DNA from: Cetorhinus maximus
Taxonomy: Eukaryota
Reading direction: 5' to 3'
Assembly: GCF_964194155.1 (NCBI RefSeq)
Contig: NC_135903.1
Location: 18,600,001 to 18,664,000 of the forward strand
DNA: 64,000 nucleotides
Shown: positions 1 through 13,254 of the stretch, piece after piece
How positions within the stretch are numbered: the stretch's first letter is position 1
Layout: the number at the start of each line of letters is the position of its first letter
Notes under the pieces: model-generated
The model's input: only the letters and a program-made list of their open reading frames with translations
The model's database searches: none
Told to the model about the DNA's origin: nothing
Position numbers and translations under genes: made by a program

Positions 1-3000
1 GTTTTACATGTTTCTCATGCAGCAACAATTAAATGATTTGCTTCAGACATCACTAGTTTGTGTTAATTGAAGTATTAAGGGCCAATCATCAATTTTATAA
101 TGCGTCTGCATAAGGAATATTTAACACATCAAATGATTCATGTATGGCTGTTAATCTGATGAATCTATTAAAACCTGCATTGTACATTTTAATTATTAGC
201 AAATGTGCATATGAAAGGCACAATCACACAGCGGGGAAGGGGGCAAATGTGGAAAAATTACATGAATTGATCACATAAATAACTTTAATGGTTGCAGCAA
301 GGAGGAGCCTGCTGATCTTTATCAAAAGCATACAACCAGTATTGAGTGACCTCTCCAGGCTAGAGCCAAGAAAGCATCTTAACAGAGCTGTGACTCACAG
401 CTCTGCTGATTGCTATGGGCTACGTAAATTGCCTGGACTAAGGAATGTGCTTTTAATTGTGGATGAATATTGTAGTATATAAAGCCACCACTAATTGTAT
501 CATCTGCATTTTTCTCCTCAGTTGTTCATTGTAAGCTCTGGTAGTCAGAACAGATGCTGACTTAGAGACCATAATGCAGCCTTATTACTCACACAAAGAA
601 AGTTTGAATGTCTAACATTGAACACTGGATCTTATCCAAGATGTTTTCCTTGAGTTCCCAAGATCCGTGTAAGGGTAGATAGGAGACACACTGAGCCCAG
701 GTCATTCAGAAAGGGACGACAGCCACACAATTCATTAATATCTAGTCAACATCTTTGTCAACGTTGCATTGGATACAAGGCATTCTTTATCATCTGTATC
801 AGGCATTTCTGAAAAAAATGAGATGGTTCTTTTCACAGATGAAATTCTGGTATTGTCAGATTACCTGAGCATCATGTGTGATTCTGCTCATCATCTTGAA
901 CAAGGTGCTTGTAGTGTTCAATTATTCTGTGTTTGATTCTATGAGTCTCTTTATTATTGATGCTCACTGGTCTTGATTAGTTAAGCCTGGGTGTGGATTC
1001 AGAGAAAAATAAGCAAAGCTTTAGAAAGAGATGAAAGCTAGAGCTGGAAGTATGTAGCATACATTTTAGAGCATTGTGAATAAAACCTGTTACACACATA
1101 TAAACTAATGTCAACTCTGCATCGATCTGACATATAAAATATACAGTAGCGCTAACCAGTAAAACATGGTAATGATATCCCATCTATTGTGAGTTCACAT
1201 TGGGTAAGAAGGAAATTTGATGCTATCGATGTGTAAAGGCTATGTTCCACCTGAGGCTCATGTTGATATCTAGGGGTTCTGGTGATGCTAACTTTAATTT
1301 GGATATTGTTTTTTGGGTATGGGTTGATTGAGGAGCAAGGAATATTTTAGTCTTTCATATCTGCCTTCAAAGGAAGCAAAAACCAATCCTTGTTAAGCTT
1401 ATGGTGTGTGGGTTGTGTGTTGAGATCGTTTTCTTTCAAGATTTAACTCATTTAACTCAGCAGGTGAGGTTCCTTCAGTCCATGTGCAAGATCAAGGACC
1501 AAGCTGTCAGGAGGATAAAAGAAAAAGTGGTCACAGGAGGGAGAGCGCCAGATGAGTTTGACATGTTGCTCAGTGTTTATGAAAAGCCATCATGCATCCT
1601 TCCAGAGGTGCTTACAGCAAATGACCTATGACCAGTTGGAACTTACCAAGCCAAGAACTTACCAGTTGACATCAATATCAGGAACATCAGGATGACAAGC
1701 ATATTGTGGGATGCGCTGTGTATGTCTTTCCACTATTACTGAAAGAAAATTTCTATCAAAGAGCTGATGAGGAAAGTCATGGAGTTTAGGAAAAAGGCTG
1801 CTGGATGGTGTCAATAAGTCAATTCAAATGTGTGCAGAATTTTGTGTCTTCATTTGATCAAACTGCAGAAAGGGAAGGAGTAACGATCCACCTCCAACTG
1901 GTGGAGACACTGTTCAATGGGGTGTGGTGCATGTTAATGCTATGGTCAAGCATTCTATAGTGTGCTGCACAGGAGAAGGTTCTGGCACCCATTCTCTCCC
2001 TGGAAATAGCTCCAATCAAGGCAGATTGTCTAATGGCCAACTAGTAACTGCCTCCTCTGTGTGGGGAAAGTAACTGGAGTTGTGTCAGGAGATGTGAGAT
2101 TGCGACTGACTTGATTCTCTGTAACAGAGTTGGTAACCCAGGCAGATCCGATGGGCGGAATTTTCCGTGCCCGCCAGTGTCGGTGGCATGAGTGGACAAT
2201 ATGGCGCAATCGGTTTTACAACGGCGGGAAACCAATTTGCAATCGTCTGTTGACGCCGACAGCGGGCTGTATTTCCCGCCATCAGATGTCGGGAACCTCA
2301 TTGTAATACATCAGCATATCGTTATCAGGCCAGCCTGTTGGAATCATTCCCCCCCACACCCCCCCTCCCCCCCACCCCCCAGCCCCCACCCCCAATGCCA
2401 ACGTGTTTCACAGCAGCACATAAAAGGCGTACACTTGGCGGCCTGAACTTTGAGGGGAGCTCAGAGGTAAGTACACAGTAACATTGTGCAGCGCTCACCA
2501 GGGTCGCCTGTTGACTTCAAGCTTCAGGGGCATTGGGTGGGTGTTGGGGTTAAGGGCAACCCTGTCGTTGAGGTGATTAATGATGGGAGGTGGTAAAGGG
2601 CAGCCCTGCCATTGAACATAGCGCACAAGCATTCGGGGTGGGGGGCAGGGTGTGCAAAGGAAGTGGCCATGCATTAGGGAAACCTTGTATAAAGTGACCA
2701 TTCCTCTGCAACTGAGACAGTTCAGGTGCAGCCACACTGATATGATTGGCTCACCCTATCTCAAAGCTGTCCTTGTCCCCAGTTTCATTTTATTCTTCGT
2801 CTCATCCAATGCCTTAACAAGAAACTTTGTCTCTTCCTTTCAAGTGCTAAGGAACGCAAGCTCCAGCAACGCATTGATACCAGCGCCCATCCAGGACCCT
2901 CCACTCCTTCCCATACCTCTGACCCCATCCTGTCTTCTAATCCCAGCCCCGGCCGTGTATTCACCATACACTCTGACCTTCCCCTCTCTGATGCTGAACG

Positions 3001-3004
3001 TTCA

Positions 3005-5127
3005 ATGCTCAGCAAAGGACTCAGTTTCACACCCTTACGCCCTCATCTCAATGGATTCCAGGCTCAGCACGATGCTGAACTCTCCTTCTGCCGCCTTCAT
3101 CTCCGTGCTCACTTCTTTGGGCAGGAGTCTTCCCCCCATTCCATGGATCCTTTCTCCCGTTTCCAGTATTCTCCCTCCACCTGGACCCCTCCCTCTGGCC
3201 TCTTCCCTGCTCTTGATCTTTTCATTGAGAACTGTCGGTGTGACATCGGCCATCTCAATTTCTCTGCTACTCTCACCCGCTCTAATCTGTCTCCTTCTGA
3301 ACTTGCCGCACTCCATTCTATCAGGTCCAACCCTGACTTTGTCATCAAACTTACTAACAAGGGTGGTGCTGTTGTTGTCTGGTGTACTGACCTCTACCTT
3401 GCAGAGGCTGAGCACCAACTCTCAGGCACTTCCTCCTACCTCCCCCTGGATCATGACCCCACCACAGAACATCAAGCCATTGTTTCCAGGACTGTCACTG
3501 GCCTCATCTCCTCTGGAGATCTTCCTCCCACAGCTTCCAACCTTGTAGTCTCCCAAGCTCGGACACCCCGCTTCTACATCCTCCCCAAAATCCACAAACA
3601 GGACTGTTCCAGTAGACCAATCATGTCAGCCTGTTCCTGCCCCATGGACCTATTTCTTCCTATCTTGACTCCATTCTCTCTCCCCTTGTCCAGTTTCTTC
3701 CCACCTACATCCGCGATTCCTCTGACACCCTACATCATATCAACAATTTCCAGTTTCCTGGCCCCAACCGCCTCCTCTTCACCATGGAAGTCCAATCCCT
3801 CTACACCTCCATCGCCCACCAAGATGACCTGAGGGCTCTCAGCTTCTTCCTTGAACAGAGGCCCGAACAATCCCCATCCACCACCACTCTCCTCCGTCTG
3901 GCTGAATTTGTTCTCTCACTGAACAATTTCTCCTTTAACCTGTCTCATTTCCTCCAAATAATAGGTGTGGCTATGGGTACCCGCATGGGCCCCAGTTATG
4001 CCTGTCTCTTTATGGGGTATGTGGAACATTCCTTGTTCCAATCCTGCTCAGGCCCCCCTCCCACAACTCTTTCTCCGGTACATCGATGATTACTTCGGTG
4101 CTGCTTCATGCTCTCGTCTGGACCTGGAAATATTTATCAGTTTTGCTTCCAATCTCCACCCCTCCATCATTTTCACATGGTCCATCTCTGACACTTCCCT
4201 TCCCTTCCTTGACCTCTCTGTCTCAATTTCTGGTGATAGACTGTCCACCAATATCCATTACAAGCCTACCAACTCCCACAGCTACCTCGACTACAGCTCC
4301 TCACACCCCGCTTCCTGTACTCCATCCCATTCTCTCAATTCCTTTGCCTCCATCGCATCTGTTCTGATGATGTCACTTTCCAAAAGGACGCTTCTGACAT
4401 GTCTTCCTTCTTCCTGAACCGAGCTTTCCCGGTGGTTGACAGGGGCCTCAACCGTGTCCGACCCATCTCCCGTGTCTCTGCCCTCACAGCTTCCTCTCCC
4501 TCCCAGAACCATGATAAGGTCCCCCTTGTCCTCACTTTTCACCCCACCAGCCTCCACATTCAAAGGATCATCCTCCGGCATTTCTGTCAACTCCAGCATG
4601 ATGCCACCACCAACCACATCTTCCCTTCACCCCGCCTGTCAGCATTCCGTAGGGACCATTCCCTTTGGGATACCCTGATTCACTCCTCCACCACCCCAAC
4701 ACCTCACCCCCCTCTCACAGCACCTTCCCATGCAATCGCAGAAGGTGCAACACCTGCCCCTTTACCTCCTTCCTCCTCATTGCCCAAGAGCCCAAACACT
4801 CCTTTCAGGTGAAGCAGCACCTCCTTCAATTTGGTTTCCTACATTCCCTGCTCCCAACGTGGTCTCCTCTACATTGGAGAGACCAAACGCAGACTGACTG
4901 ACCACTTTGTGGAACACCTTCGGTCTGTTCGCAAGCATGACCAAGACCTTCATGTCCCTTGCCATTTCAACGCCCCACCCTGCTCTCATGCCCACATGTC
5001 CATCCTTGGCCTGTTGCAATGTTCCAGTGAAGCCCAACACAAACTGGAGGAACAGCACCTCATCTTCCGATTAGGCACTTTACCGCCTTCTGGATCTTAC
5101 ATTGAGTTCAACAACTTCAGACCATGA
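3005..5127 (+). pseudogene. PLE RT/GIY-YIG endonuclease ORF, broken into several frames
   Basis: ORFs 3005-3832, 3784-4089, 3965-4417, 4399-4812, 4665-4901 and 4831-5127 carry consecutive PLE motifs. Confidence 0.9.
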
Positions 5128-5584
5128 ACTCTTTCCTCCATCCTTACCCCTTTTTATCCCCTTTTTTCAATATTCATTTTTATTTCTTATCCACTTATTT
5201 TTTATTTATTTTCATTTTTATTCATTTTTTATTCATTGTTTTATCCCCACCTTTTATCCTATTTTTGACTTTTTTTCCCCACCACTGTCCCCTCCCCCCA
5301 CCCCGCCCCCACTAGGGCTATCTGTCGCTTGTTCATGTTGTTCTTTCCAGAGTGCTTACCCCTGTCCTACTATTCCCACATTCTGCTTTCTGACCTTAAT
5401 GCCACCATCAGCACCTCCTTTAACCAGTACCACTATCATTAACACCCCTTTGTCCTTTTGTTCATGACATCTTTGCCAATCTCTCCTTTGCCTCCACCTA
5501 TCACTGGCCTTCCATCCAGCTTCACCTGCTCTGCCCCCCCCTTAAACAGTATAAATTTAATCACATCTTTACTTCTTTTTCACC

Positions 5585-5619
5585 CTGAGGAAGAGTCATA
5601 AGGACTCGAAATGTTAACT
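5585..5619 (+). ncRNA. Minimal hammerhead ribozyme motif in PLE pLTR
   Basis: CTGAGGA-A-GAGTC-ataag-GACTC-GAAA-TG-TT-AACT. The core boxes and the 5-bp stem II are intact; the 5' arm of stem I is eroded. Confidence 0.75.
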
Positions 5620-6180
5620 CTGTCTTTCTCTCCACAGATGCTGTTAGACCTGCTGAGTTCTTCCAGCATTTTCTGTTCTTGTTTCAGATTTCCAGCATCC
5701 ACAGTATTTTGCTTTTATATTATATTGAAATGATTGGGGTCAGGTCTCTAGCTTATCTGCCCACTCAAGCAACGCAGAGGCATCAAAGCGCCATCAAATG
5801 CTCCAAAGCTTTTCACCTCCCACCGCGCACCCCCCACCGGCACAGAATGCAAATTCATGAGCATTTCAGTGGACTGCAGAACAGTTGGACGAGTGCACAC
5901 ATTGTACAATCTCGTCACTAAAACTGGCCATGGAGCAGTCACTGCTGGAGGCGCTTATAGCCCCTTGCAAAGTCAGCATCCCGGTTTGGACTAGTCTCCC
6001 CCATGGCTCAAGCTAACAGGGCAGCCATGCAGCGCACTAATCTCTGGACATCTAAGTGGTGGCCAGCACGGTCTGGGAAGCGTTAATGGACCTTCACACT
6101 TAACCAGGACAGGTTCTTAGTACACCCATGCTAACCACATGTCTCTCTCTTTCATCCTATAGGAGGAGTACATCTGGATC

Positions 6181-7110
6181 ATGGAGCCTGGTGAACTAGC
6201 TGTATGCCTGATGGCCTACCAGAGTGCGAAGACGACGGAGGAGAGAGCGACTGAAGCTCCTGGGTGCACAGAGGCAGGAGCAGAAACCTCAGGAAGAAGA
6301 GGCGGCTGGGGCTCCTGCACACGCCGCCCGAGAGCCACAGTGAACCATTGCTGGTTGGTGCATAGCGACACCCAGGACCTATAGACACCGCATTTCATTC
6401 CTGCAGATGACCGAGAACCAGTGTCGCCAAAGACTGCATATGTCTAGGGAACTGGTCACTCACATCTGCCAGTTACTGCAGGATTTAGTGCCATGGGGAC
6501 ATGGAGGACATCCCTGCCAGTGGCTGTGAAAGTGACCACGGCGCTCAATTTCTATGCCAGTGGTTCCTTTCAGGGCTCCACAAGTGACCTCTGTGGGATC
6601 TCACAAGCCTCCACCCACAAACGCATCCCTGAGGTCACGAATGCCATCTTTGCAAGGGCACACAGCTTTGTGCAATTCACCTGGGACCAGGACAGTCAGG
6701 ATGCAAGAACGATTGAATTTGCGGCCTCAGACTACAGCGAAGGTATAACGAGGCTCATGCAGCAGCTCGCACCTTGATGGAGCAGACCATCAGGATGCTG
6801 AGGATGAGGCTCCGGTGCCTGGACCGGTCTGGTGGAGCCCTGCAATATAGTCTTCAGAGGATGTCACGCATTGTCATTGTCTGCTGCACTCTTTACAACC
6901 TGGCGCTGCAACGAGGTGAGGAGCTGGCTGAGGAGGAGCTGCATGTCTCTTCCGATGAGGAGGACACCAACAGGGATGAGGGTGAGGAGGTCCTTGGGGG
7001 GTTGACGATGACGGTGATGAGGTCCTCGCACTGGCCAGACAAGGCAGGTGCACTTGGGAGGCCCCCATAGCTGTTAGATTTGTGGAGGATGATGATGACA
7101 TGCAGTGAGG
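6181..7110 (+). pseudogene. Harbinger (DDE_Tnp_4/HARBI1-like) transposase remnant with internal deletion
   Basis: LPVAVKVTTALNFYASGSFQ...CGISQ and EQTIRML..R.RCLDRSGGALQYS...IVIVCCTLYNLA plus an acidic tail. A pyrimidine tract + AG (possible splice acceptor) lies at ~6140-6162. Confidence 0.88.
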
Positions 7111-7671
7111 TGACACTCTATAGATCTTCACATAGCCTCTGAGAATGTCTGACTTCTGTTTGGCCGAAGGCAGCTCCACTTGCGCTCTGTGATCAGGGTC
7201 ATATCATAGAGACGCAGCCATGAAACTTTAGAAGCATCTGATGTTTTGTCCGCCTTCAGCACCTGAGCCCTTCAGGAGCTGGAGCACAGCATCACTGGTC
7301 ACAGTTGCTGAAGAGATGGGGGACATCCCCACCTTAAAGGTGCTGAGAGCACACAGAGAGAATGAGCGAACTCTGTGGCACCTGCCCACTACATTCTGGC
7401 AGCAATGACCAGCACTGCCAAGGTGCAGGCATCAGTAATGTTTCCAGGGAGTGTGAGGCTGGACCATCACTGTGGTCTGAAGGCTGCACAGAGCACAGGG
7501 AAGAGGCCCTGGACTGAGACACCTGCCTTTTATCTTGTGCAGAAAGGTTTCACATCTGAGTGACAAGAATACAGCTCATCAGAACAAGGAGCCATAGGCA
7601 GGGAGACATTCTTGAGAGTTTATTAACAATAGTGAACACAAGTGATTAACACCCGCGCCCAGGCTGTGCAG

Positions 7672-8475
7672 CTAATTCTCCTTCACCTTCCTAACCCTGC
7701 CGCTATGTCTTGGTGCTCCCTGGACATCCACAGCAGAGGTGGAGGCAGCCTGCTGACTGTGACGCCCTGTCTGTGATGACTTTGGCAGGCGTCCTCTGGA
7801 GGGCCGAGACTTGGAGAGCCCTGGCCTGCTTTCGGGGTCCTGCTGTGTGGCAATTGTACCCTCCTTGGCCTGTGGAGCTGGAGCTGCTGAGGTCACAGGA
7901 AGAGGGGAGTCGGAATAGCCGGACACTCTTGGAGTCACTTGGATGGATGGGCCCGGAGTGTGCACCTGCAGTTACTCCACCCTATGGGTGCCCGGGGGCC
8001 CCAGGCTGAGTCCTTGAGGAGCAGGGGTAGCTGGAGTGAGATCGAGCTGCTTGGCACCCCTCTTGTGTACACACTATTGGAGACCAAATATGGCATCAGC
8101 GATGGAGTTAAGCCTGCGCAGCAGTGCAGGAGCGAAGTCCTGGACCAAGGTCTCCATGGCAGCCGCCACCCTACCAGTGTTAACCTCGGTGTGTTGGCGT
8201 GCTGGCACTATCACCTCAGAGTGAAGGCGAACAGACTCCTTCATCATGCCTTGCAATCTGAGGAGTGCGGCGGACATCTCTTCCTGATGTTCCCTAGCTT
8301 GCCTTTGCAGCTCCAGCAACTGTGACATGACCGAGTCCAGAGGCTCATCATCTGACTCAGACTCAGCAAAGTTCTGGCCTCCAGCAGTCCTCTGATTGCC
8401 AGAAACCTGGGAAGTCCCTACCTCTGCCTGCTGTGGATCAGACAGTGCGATGTGCTCACTAGATAGTGATCTCAT
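7672..8475 (-). pseudogene. C-terminal remnant of the Harbinger Myb/SANT partner protein
   Basis: ESESDDEPLD..LLELQRQ..RVAAAMETLVQ resembles the ESGDEPLG..VMETLVEQ segment at 15230-15450, which follows a recognisable Myb domain. Confidence 0.65.
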
Positions 8476-8830
8476 AGACTTAAGATATAAAAGCTAACTT
8501 GACAAGCAGTGGGAAGTTTACCAGTGTCCTGTGTTGGAAAGTAGTCTGAATTTAGCCAGTCAAACTCTGATAGCTCTCACATTAGAAACCCTTACTCTTG
8601 ACAATTTGTGTCTAAGCTGTTCAAACTATAAGGAAAATTTATGGCTACAAGGAGAAGGAGTGAGCTCTATATCATACAAACAAACTTTTTTTTTAAGTGG
8701 ATTCCTCAGTAGTTTCGTTTGGAGACTAATAGGTTTCTGTGCATCACAGACAAGCGGCTGATTGAAAAGTATAAAGTATCTCAGTTTTATAGCTAAAGCG
8801 GAGTGGGGAGCTACAACACTGTGATTAACA

Positions 8831-8985
8831 AATCACAGAATCAGAATCACAGAACTGTTACAGCGCAAAAGGAGGCCATTCAGCCCATCATGTCTGCACA
8901 GGCTCCCTGAATGAGCAAAAAACAAATTTGCCTGTATTGAATTTCTCTCGCCTTCTCCCTGTAACCCTGCACATTCCCACCCGAG
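8831..8985 (-). mobile_element. CR1 LINE 3' end fragment
   Basis: A (cacagaat)-type terminal repeat followed by ggaggccattcagccc, the same tail pattern as at 52695 and 59312. Confidence 0.65.
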
Positions 8986-9717
8986 TGCTTCTGACCAGAA
9001 GCAAGAACATCTCGGGTCTCACCCCTTCTCAATAAGTGAAAAAGCAATAAGAATAGTGGTACTCCTACCTTATTTCCCATGAATTTTACATTTCTGACTT
9101 TTTCATGAAAGCTAAAGCCATGGAAACTAAATGAGCATGAACTATGACCATGCTAAGATTATTCGACAACTCCATTCTTGTTGGGGGTAGAGATGAAGCT
9201 TATCATTTTTTTGTCTAACAATTCGTATGTTTCTAGCTGGGGGCTAAAATGCCTGCAGCCTGAGGCCTGCTCTGTCGTTGGATGTGCAATGGAGCAGGAC
9301 ATTCAGCTGAGTCTTATCTGTTCTGTCCTTGACCACATCCCAAATCCCAGTGACAGGATAATTGGAATAAAAGAGATTTGGCCCCTTTAGCATTTTCAAC
9401 ACTCACTAGCTATACTTTCTGTGGGGAATGAGTACTTCTAGGCCAACATTTTTTTCACTTCATTGGGTGGGGCGAGAGTCCAGATAAGATTACTGACTTT
9501 TGCTTTTAGAAAGCCAGCGTTGTGGGTTCCACTTGTATCAGGAGAGGAGGCAAATCTAATAAGGATTCTCAGGGGTGGTGCCATCCCACCAGCCTTACCT
9601 ATTCCCCTCACCGACACTATCGGAGAAGCTAACATTTTTTCCAAGGTTAAACACAGAGGGTGGTGGGGTGGTGGGGTGGGTGGGGGGGGTGGGGTGGGTG
9701 GGGCTGTGGGGAGGGTA

Positions 9718-9860
9718 GGGGTGCTGTTAGCTCAGTTGGCCAGACAGCTAACGTGTGGTTCAGAATAAAACCAACAGTGCGGGGTCTGATCCCTGTTCTG
9801 GCTGAGGTTGACTTTGTGTTTGTCTACTCAGCCTGCCCCATAGTAAAAATCACTGCATAA
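9718..9860 (+). mobile_element. tRNA-derived SINE head (degenerate)
   Basis: A-box-like TTAGCTCAGTTGG and B-box-like GGTCTGATCCC. Confidence 0.5.
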
Positions 9861-11211
9861 ATCGTGGCTCAGCAACCCTCAAATAATCGAGGATGCTACC
9901 TGAAGGAGAAGAATAAACAAGGGGATGGGTACACAGCAAGTAGTTGATTCCACGTTATCCAGATGCAGTGAAGTCACCATATCATCAACAGGCAGTGTTT
10001 TCTGGTACAGTGATGAGGAATAAATTGATATGTTGCATCTGCTTCATGTACAGGGTACCTGGTAACACAACTGAACCTGCAACAGGCTGTGATGTCTCAG
10101 CAACACCACCAAGAGGTGCCTAGCAGTGCTGCACCTTTTGAAAAATGCCTAAGAAATTACATTTGGGACATGTGGGGCAATTCTTGCCTGCTCGTCACCA
10201 TGCAGTAACCGGAGTACTAACCATTGGTCTTGTTTCACATTTTCCATCAGGAGGCTGAATTCGCAATAACACGCTAGTCGCTGTGTTTCCCTGGAACAAT
10301 ATGACTTCAGGAGTTTAGCTATGAGCTCAAAATGGTCTGATCTGAGTCCGTTTGGAATTTTGAATGGGCTCCAACAACATTCACCCTGACTGGGATTCCC
10401 TGGGATTTACATCGAGCTGTGGTGTTCCACAGAACAGCATGAGCGAGACTAGCTGGCCCTTTGTTTTCTGTTTGCATACAGGGCTGACTTTTGTGAAAGG
10501 TGAAGGGGCGGGTTGGGAGGTGTGGAGGGACAAAGTAACGCAGTGGGATGAGCTCGCCCCCAAAGCCGGTTCTGGAATTTTTGTGGGATTGGAAAATTCC
10601 AAGGCGGCTTTGCCAGCAAGGTGCCAAGGGGCTGCAGTTAGAATCGCTAAGCAGTCACCTAACCATGAATTTGCATGGTGCTCACTGCCATTTAATGAGG
10701 GGGGGGGTTGAATTTTATCAGTGGCGCACTTGGATATCGCTCTGATCTGCACCAGGTTAAAGGTGGCAGCACTGGGGTGAGACCTCTGTCTAACTCTGGG
10801 AAAGCAGCATGGACAGCATTGGGTGGAAGCAGGAAAGGGAGCCCAGCAGACATTGTTCAACAGCGGGTGCTCTATCACCTGCCGGGCTGGTTACTCCAAG
10901 GGGATGTCGAATAGCGACACAACTACCAGAACACTGACTTGTTAGAAGCAAAACTATATTTATTCAAGCATGCTGGAGAGTCGGCTGCTCAGGACACCAC
11001 ACGTGGTTCCTAGTCCGTCTACTACACTGAACAGAGAATCCAGCGTCATTTATACCGCTCATAACACAAAATTCATACCATATAAGGTTCGTACATCAAG
11101 AAATCACAGTTATGTCATGGTTAGCACGATCAAAGGGAGAACGCAGTAATACAATTACAGGCAGATGGTACATTCCACAATAAGACAGGAGACAGTTTAA
11201 CTACAACTATG

Positions 11212-11506
11212 ATAAAAGCAAAAAACTGCTGATTCTGGAAATCCAAAACAAAAACAAAAATACCTGGAAAAACTCAGTAGGTCTGACAGCATCTGTAGAG
11301 AGGAACACAGTTAATGTTTTGAGTCCGTGTGACTCTTCAACAGAACTAAGGAAAAGTAGAAAAGAGGTTACCAGCTTATATTTCACCTCTTTTCTATTTT
11401 TCCTCAGTTCTATTGAAGAGTCATACGGACTCGAAATGTTAACTGTGTTCCTCTCCGCAGATGCTGTCAGACCTGCTGAGTTTTTCCAGGTATTTTTGTT
11501 TTTGTT
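11212..11506. mobile_element. Inverted (palindromic) pair of PLE pLTR ends with 16-bp TSD
   Basis: The arms ~11245-11368 and 11385-11508 are reverse complements. TTTAACTACAACTATG is duplicated at 11196-11211 and 11507-11522. Confidence 0.92.
11405..11445 (+). ncRNA. Hammerhead motif, mutated (mirror copy on - at 11308-11347)
   Basis: CAGTT-CTATTGA-A-GAGTC-atacg-GACTC-GAAA-TG-TT-AACTG. Stems I and II pair, but the CUGA box is mutated. Confidence 0.65.
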
Positions 11507-13254
11507 TTTAACTACAACTATGTTAGATAAAGATTACATGATTTACCATATCAGCAGATTTAATCAGGGTCCCATTGTTTCGTTTGGCACGTAACAGGAT
11601 GCAGTTGTAACCACAAACTTTTCAAAGATACTCCGCATAATTAGTTTTTACACTGCTTGATTAGTTTACATCATTCCTTACTGCAATATAATCAGTTTTA
11701 GACCATTTAACCCATTAGATATTTTAGCTGACTAAATGACCCTTGAAATAGGACCCTGCCTTTGTTAACATCACTGCCACTCAGATCCTCTGAGAACAAA
11801 CCCATGGCCCCTCCCACTGCCATCCATGCATCATCCCCTTGGAGTAACCAGCCTGACCATCAATGGAGCACCCACTCTGCACTCAGTCTTGTTGTAAGTG
11901 AAGCACCCTCTCTCCGCCCACTCTAGCCATGTGTGCAGCAACCCCTGTGGAATAAAGCTTTAGGGGGAGAGAAGGGAAAGCCTGGGACTAGTGCACCCAG
12001 TCTTTGTAGACCCACATGCTTCATAGCAAAGGGTCAGAGGGAGACAGGGCCATGGGCTATCTGGACAGCCAGTGACCCCACACCAGGGGCGCAACAGCAA
12101 CCGTCAGCAGCAAGAGGGCATATCAGCAGCAAAGAATCTACTGGAATTGCCTTAACTATCTTCAAATGTCTGAGCACCAGTGTCAATGACGAATGTGGCT
12201 CTCCTGGGAGGCCGTCACCGGTTTATATACTGTGCTTCAGGATGAGCTGAGGCCCAGGGCTTTGGTGGACACCTGATGCCTGTGGCCCTGAAGATCATCA
12301 TGGCACTCAACTTCCATGCATCTGGATCATTCCAGGTTTGGGGTTTGGGGTCTTCCAGGCAGCAGTGCACCACTGCATCAAGAAGGTGACAGAAGCCTTG
12401 TTCAGGAGGGCTGGTGACTATGTGCACTACTGAACGAACCTTGACAGTCAGCTGGAGAGAGTCACTGGCCTCGGAGCCATCACTCGATTTCGTGCAAGAT
12501 GCCATAGACTGCACACATGTGGCCATAACGTGCCTCCATGGAACAGCCAACAGCCTTCATCTACAGAAAGGACCTCCATTCCATTAAGGCGCAACTAGTC
12601 TGTGACCATTGAAAGCTATGACAGCACATACCCAGGCATTCCCAGGTGCCACAGCTTTTCTGGGCCCCCCGCTCACCTTCAAGGTTCCTGATTCTCACAG
12701 ATAAAGTGTACCTATTGAAGACATGGGTGCTCAGGCCTGTGAGGAACCCGCGCTCTGCAGCAGAGCAGAGGTACAATACCTGCCATGGGTCCACCTGAAT
12801 GACCATCGAACAGACCATTGGGCCGCTGAAAGTGAGATTCCAATGCCTTGATTGACCTGGTGAATCCCTCCAGTATGCCCCATCAAGGGTGTCACACATT
12901 GTGGTGGACTGCTGTGCTCTCCACACCCTGGCATTGCAGAGGGGGGAGGCCCTCTTAGATCAGGGGGACATGACTGAAAACCAATCTTCATCTGATGAGG
13001 AGGATGTGGTGGAGGATGCTGAGCTGGGCTGGCAACACATGACGAGGAAGCCCTTGAACCAGATGCGGGGAGCACTGAGAGATGTGCCAGGGATGGAGGC
13101 ATGGGACAATCTAAAACATACCCAGTTCCTGCAAACATGCTGCACCGCCACCCTACTGAATTCAGTGAAGTCTGGACTAAATGTATACCACCTTCCTCCG
13201 CCTCCCTGTCACTACCCAGCACCATGTGCCCAAGTCAAGACACTCACTCACAGA

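Larger units (their letters stand above)
2750..5718 (+). mobile_element. Penelope-like retroelement (RT + GIY-YIG), frameshifted, with 3' pLTR and tail
   Basis: ORF fragments LSKGLSFTP, VQSLYTSI, GVAMGTRMGPSYACLFMG, FLRYIDD (RT) and CSQRGLLYIGETKRRL..EH (GIY-YIG). The 3' end matches the pLTR copies at 11212-11506 and 13255-13678. A degenerate TSD is possible: acactgatatgattgg (~2734) and atattgaaatgattgg (~5722). Confidence 0.92.
2153..8475 (+). mobile_element. Degenerate PIF/Harbinger DNA transposon, interrupted by a Penelope-like element; right end not seen
   Basis: The left terminus GGGCGGAATTTTCC at 2153 is shared with the element at 37355. Transposase remnants lie on + (6180-7110) and remnants of the Myb-partner C-terminus lie convergently on - (7672-8475), the usual two-gene Harbinger layout. 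Confidence 0.8.
10905..11715 (-). mobile_element. Possible solo LTR, interrupted by the PLE palindrome
   Basis: Starts with TG and has reverse-strand AATAAA (~10959) and TATAAA (~11049) in LTR order. The right boundary and TSD were not established. Confidence 0.35.

Noticed and set aside
540-1850. Possible ancient retroelement on the minus strand
   Set aside because: No motif could be read with confidence.
6493-7070. Host gene HARBI1 (also at 12.2k, 30.7k and 32.6k)
   Set aside because: Multiple broken copies in a transposon context.
11212-11506. MITE or pre-miRNA
   Set aside because: The arms are PLE pLTR sequence and the 16-bp TSD fits retrotransposition.
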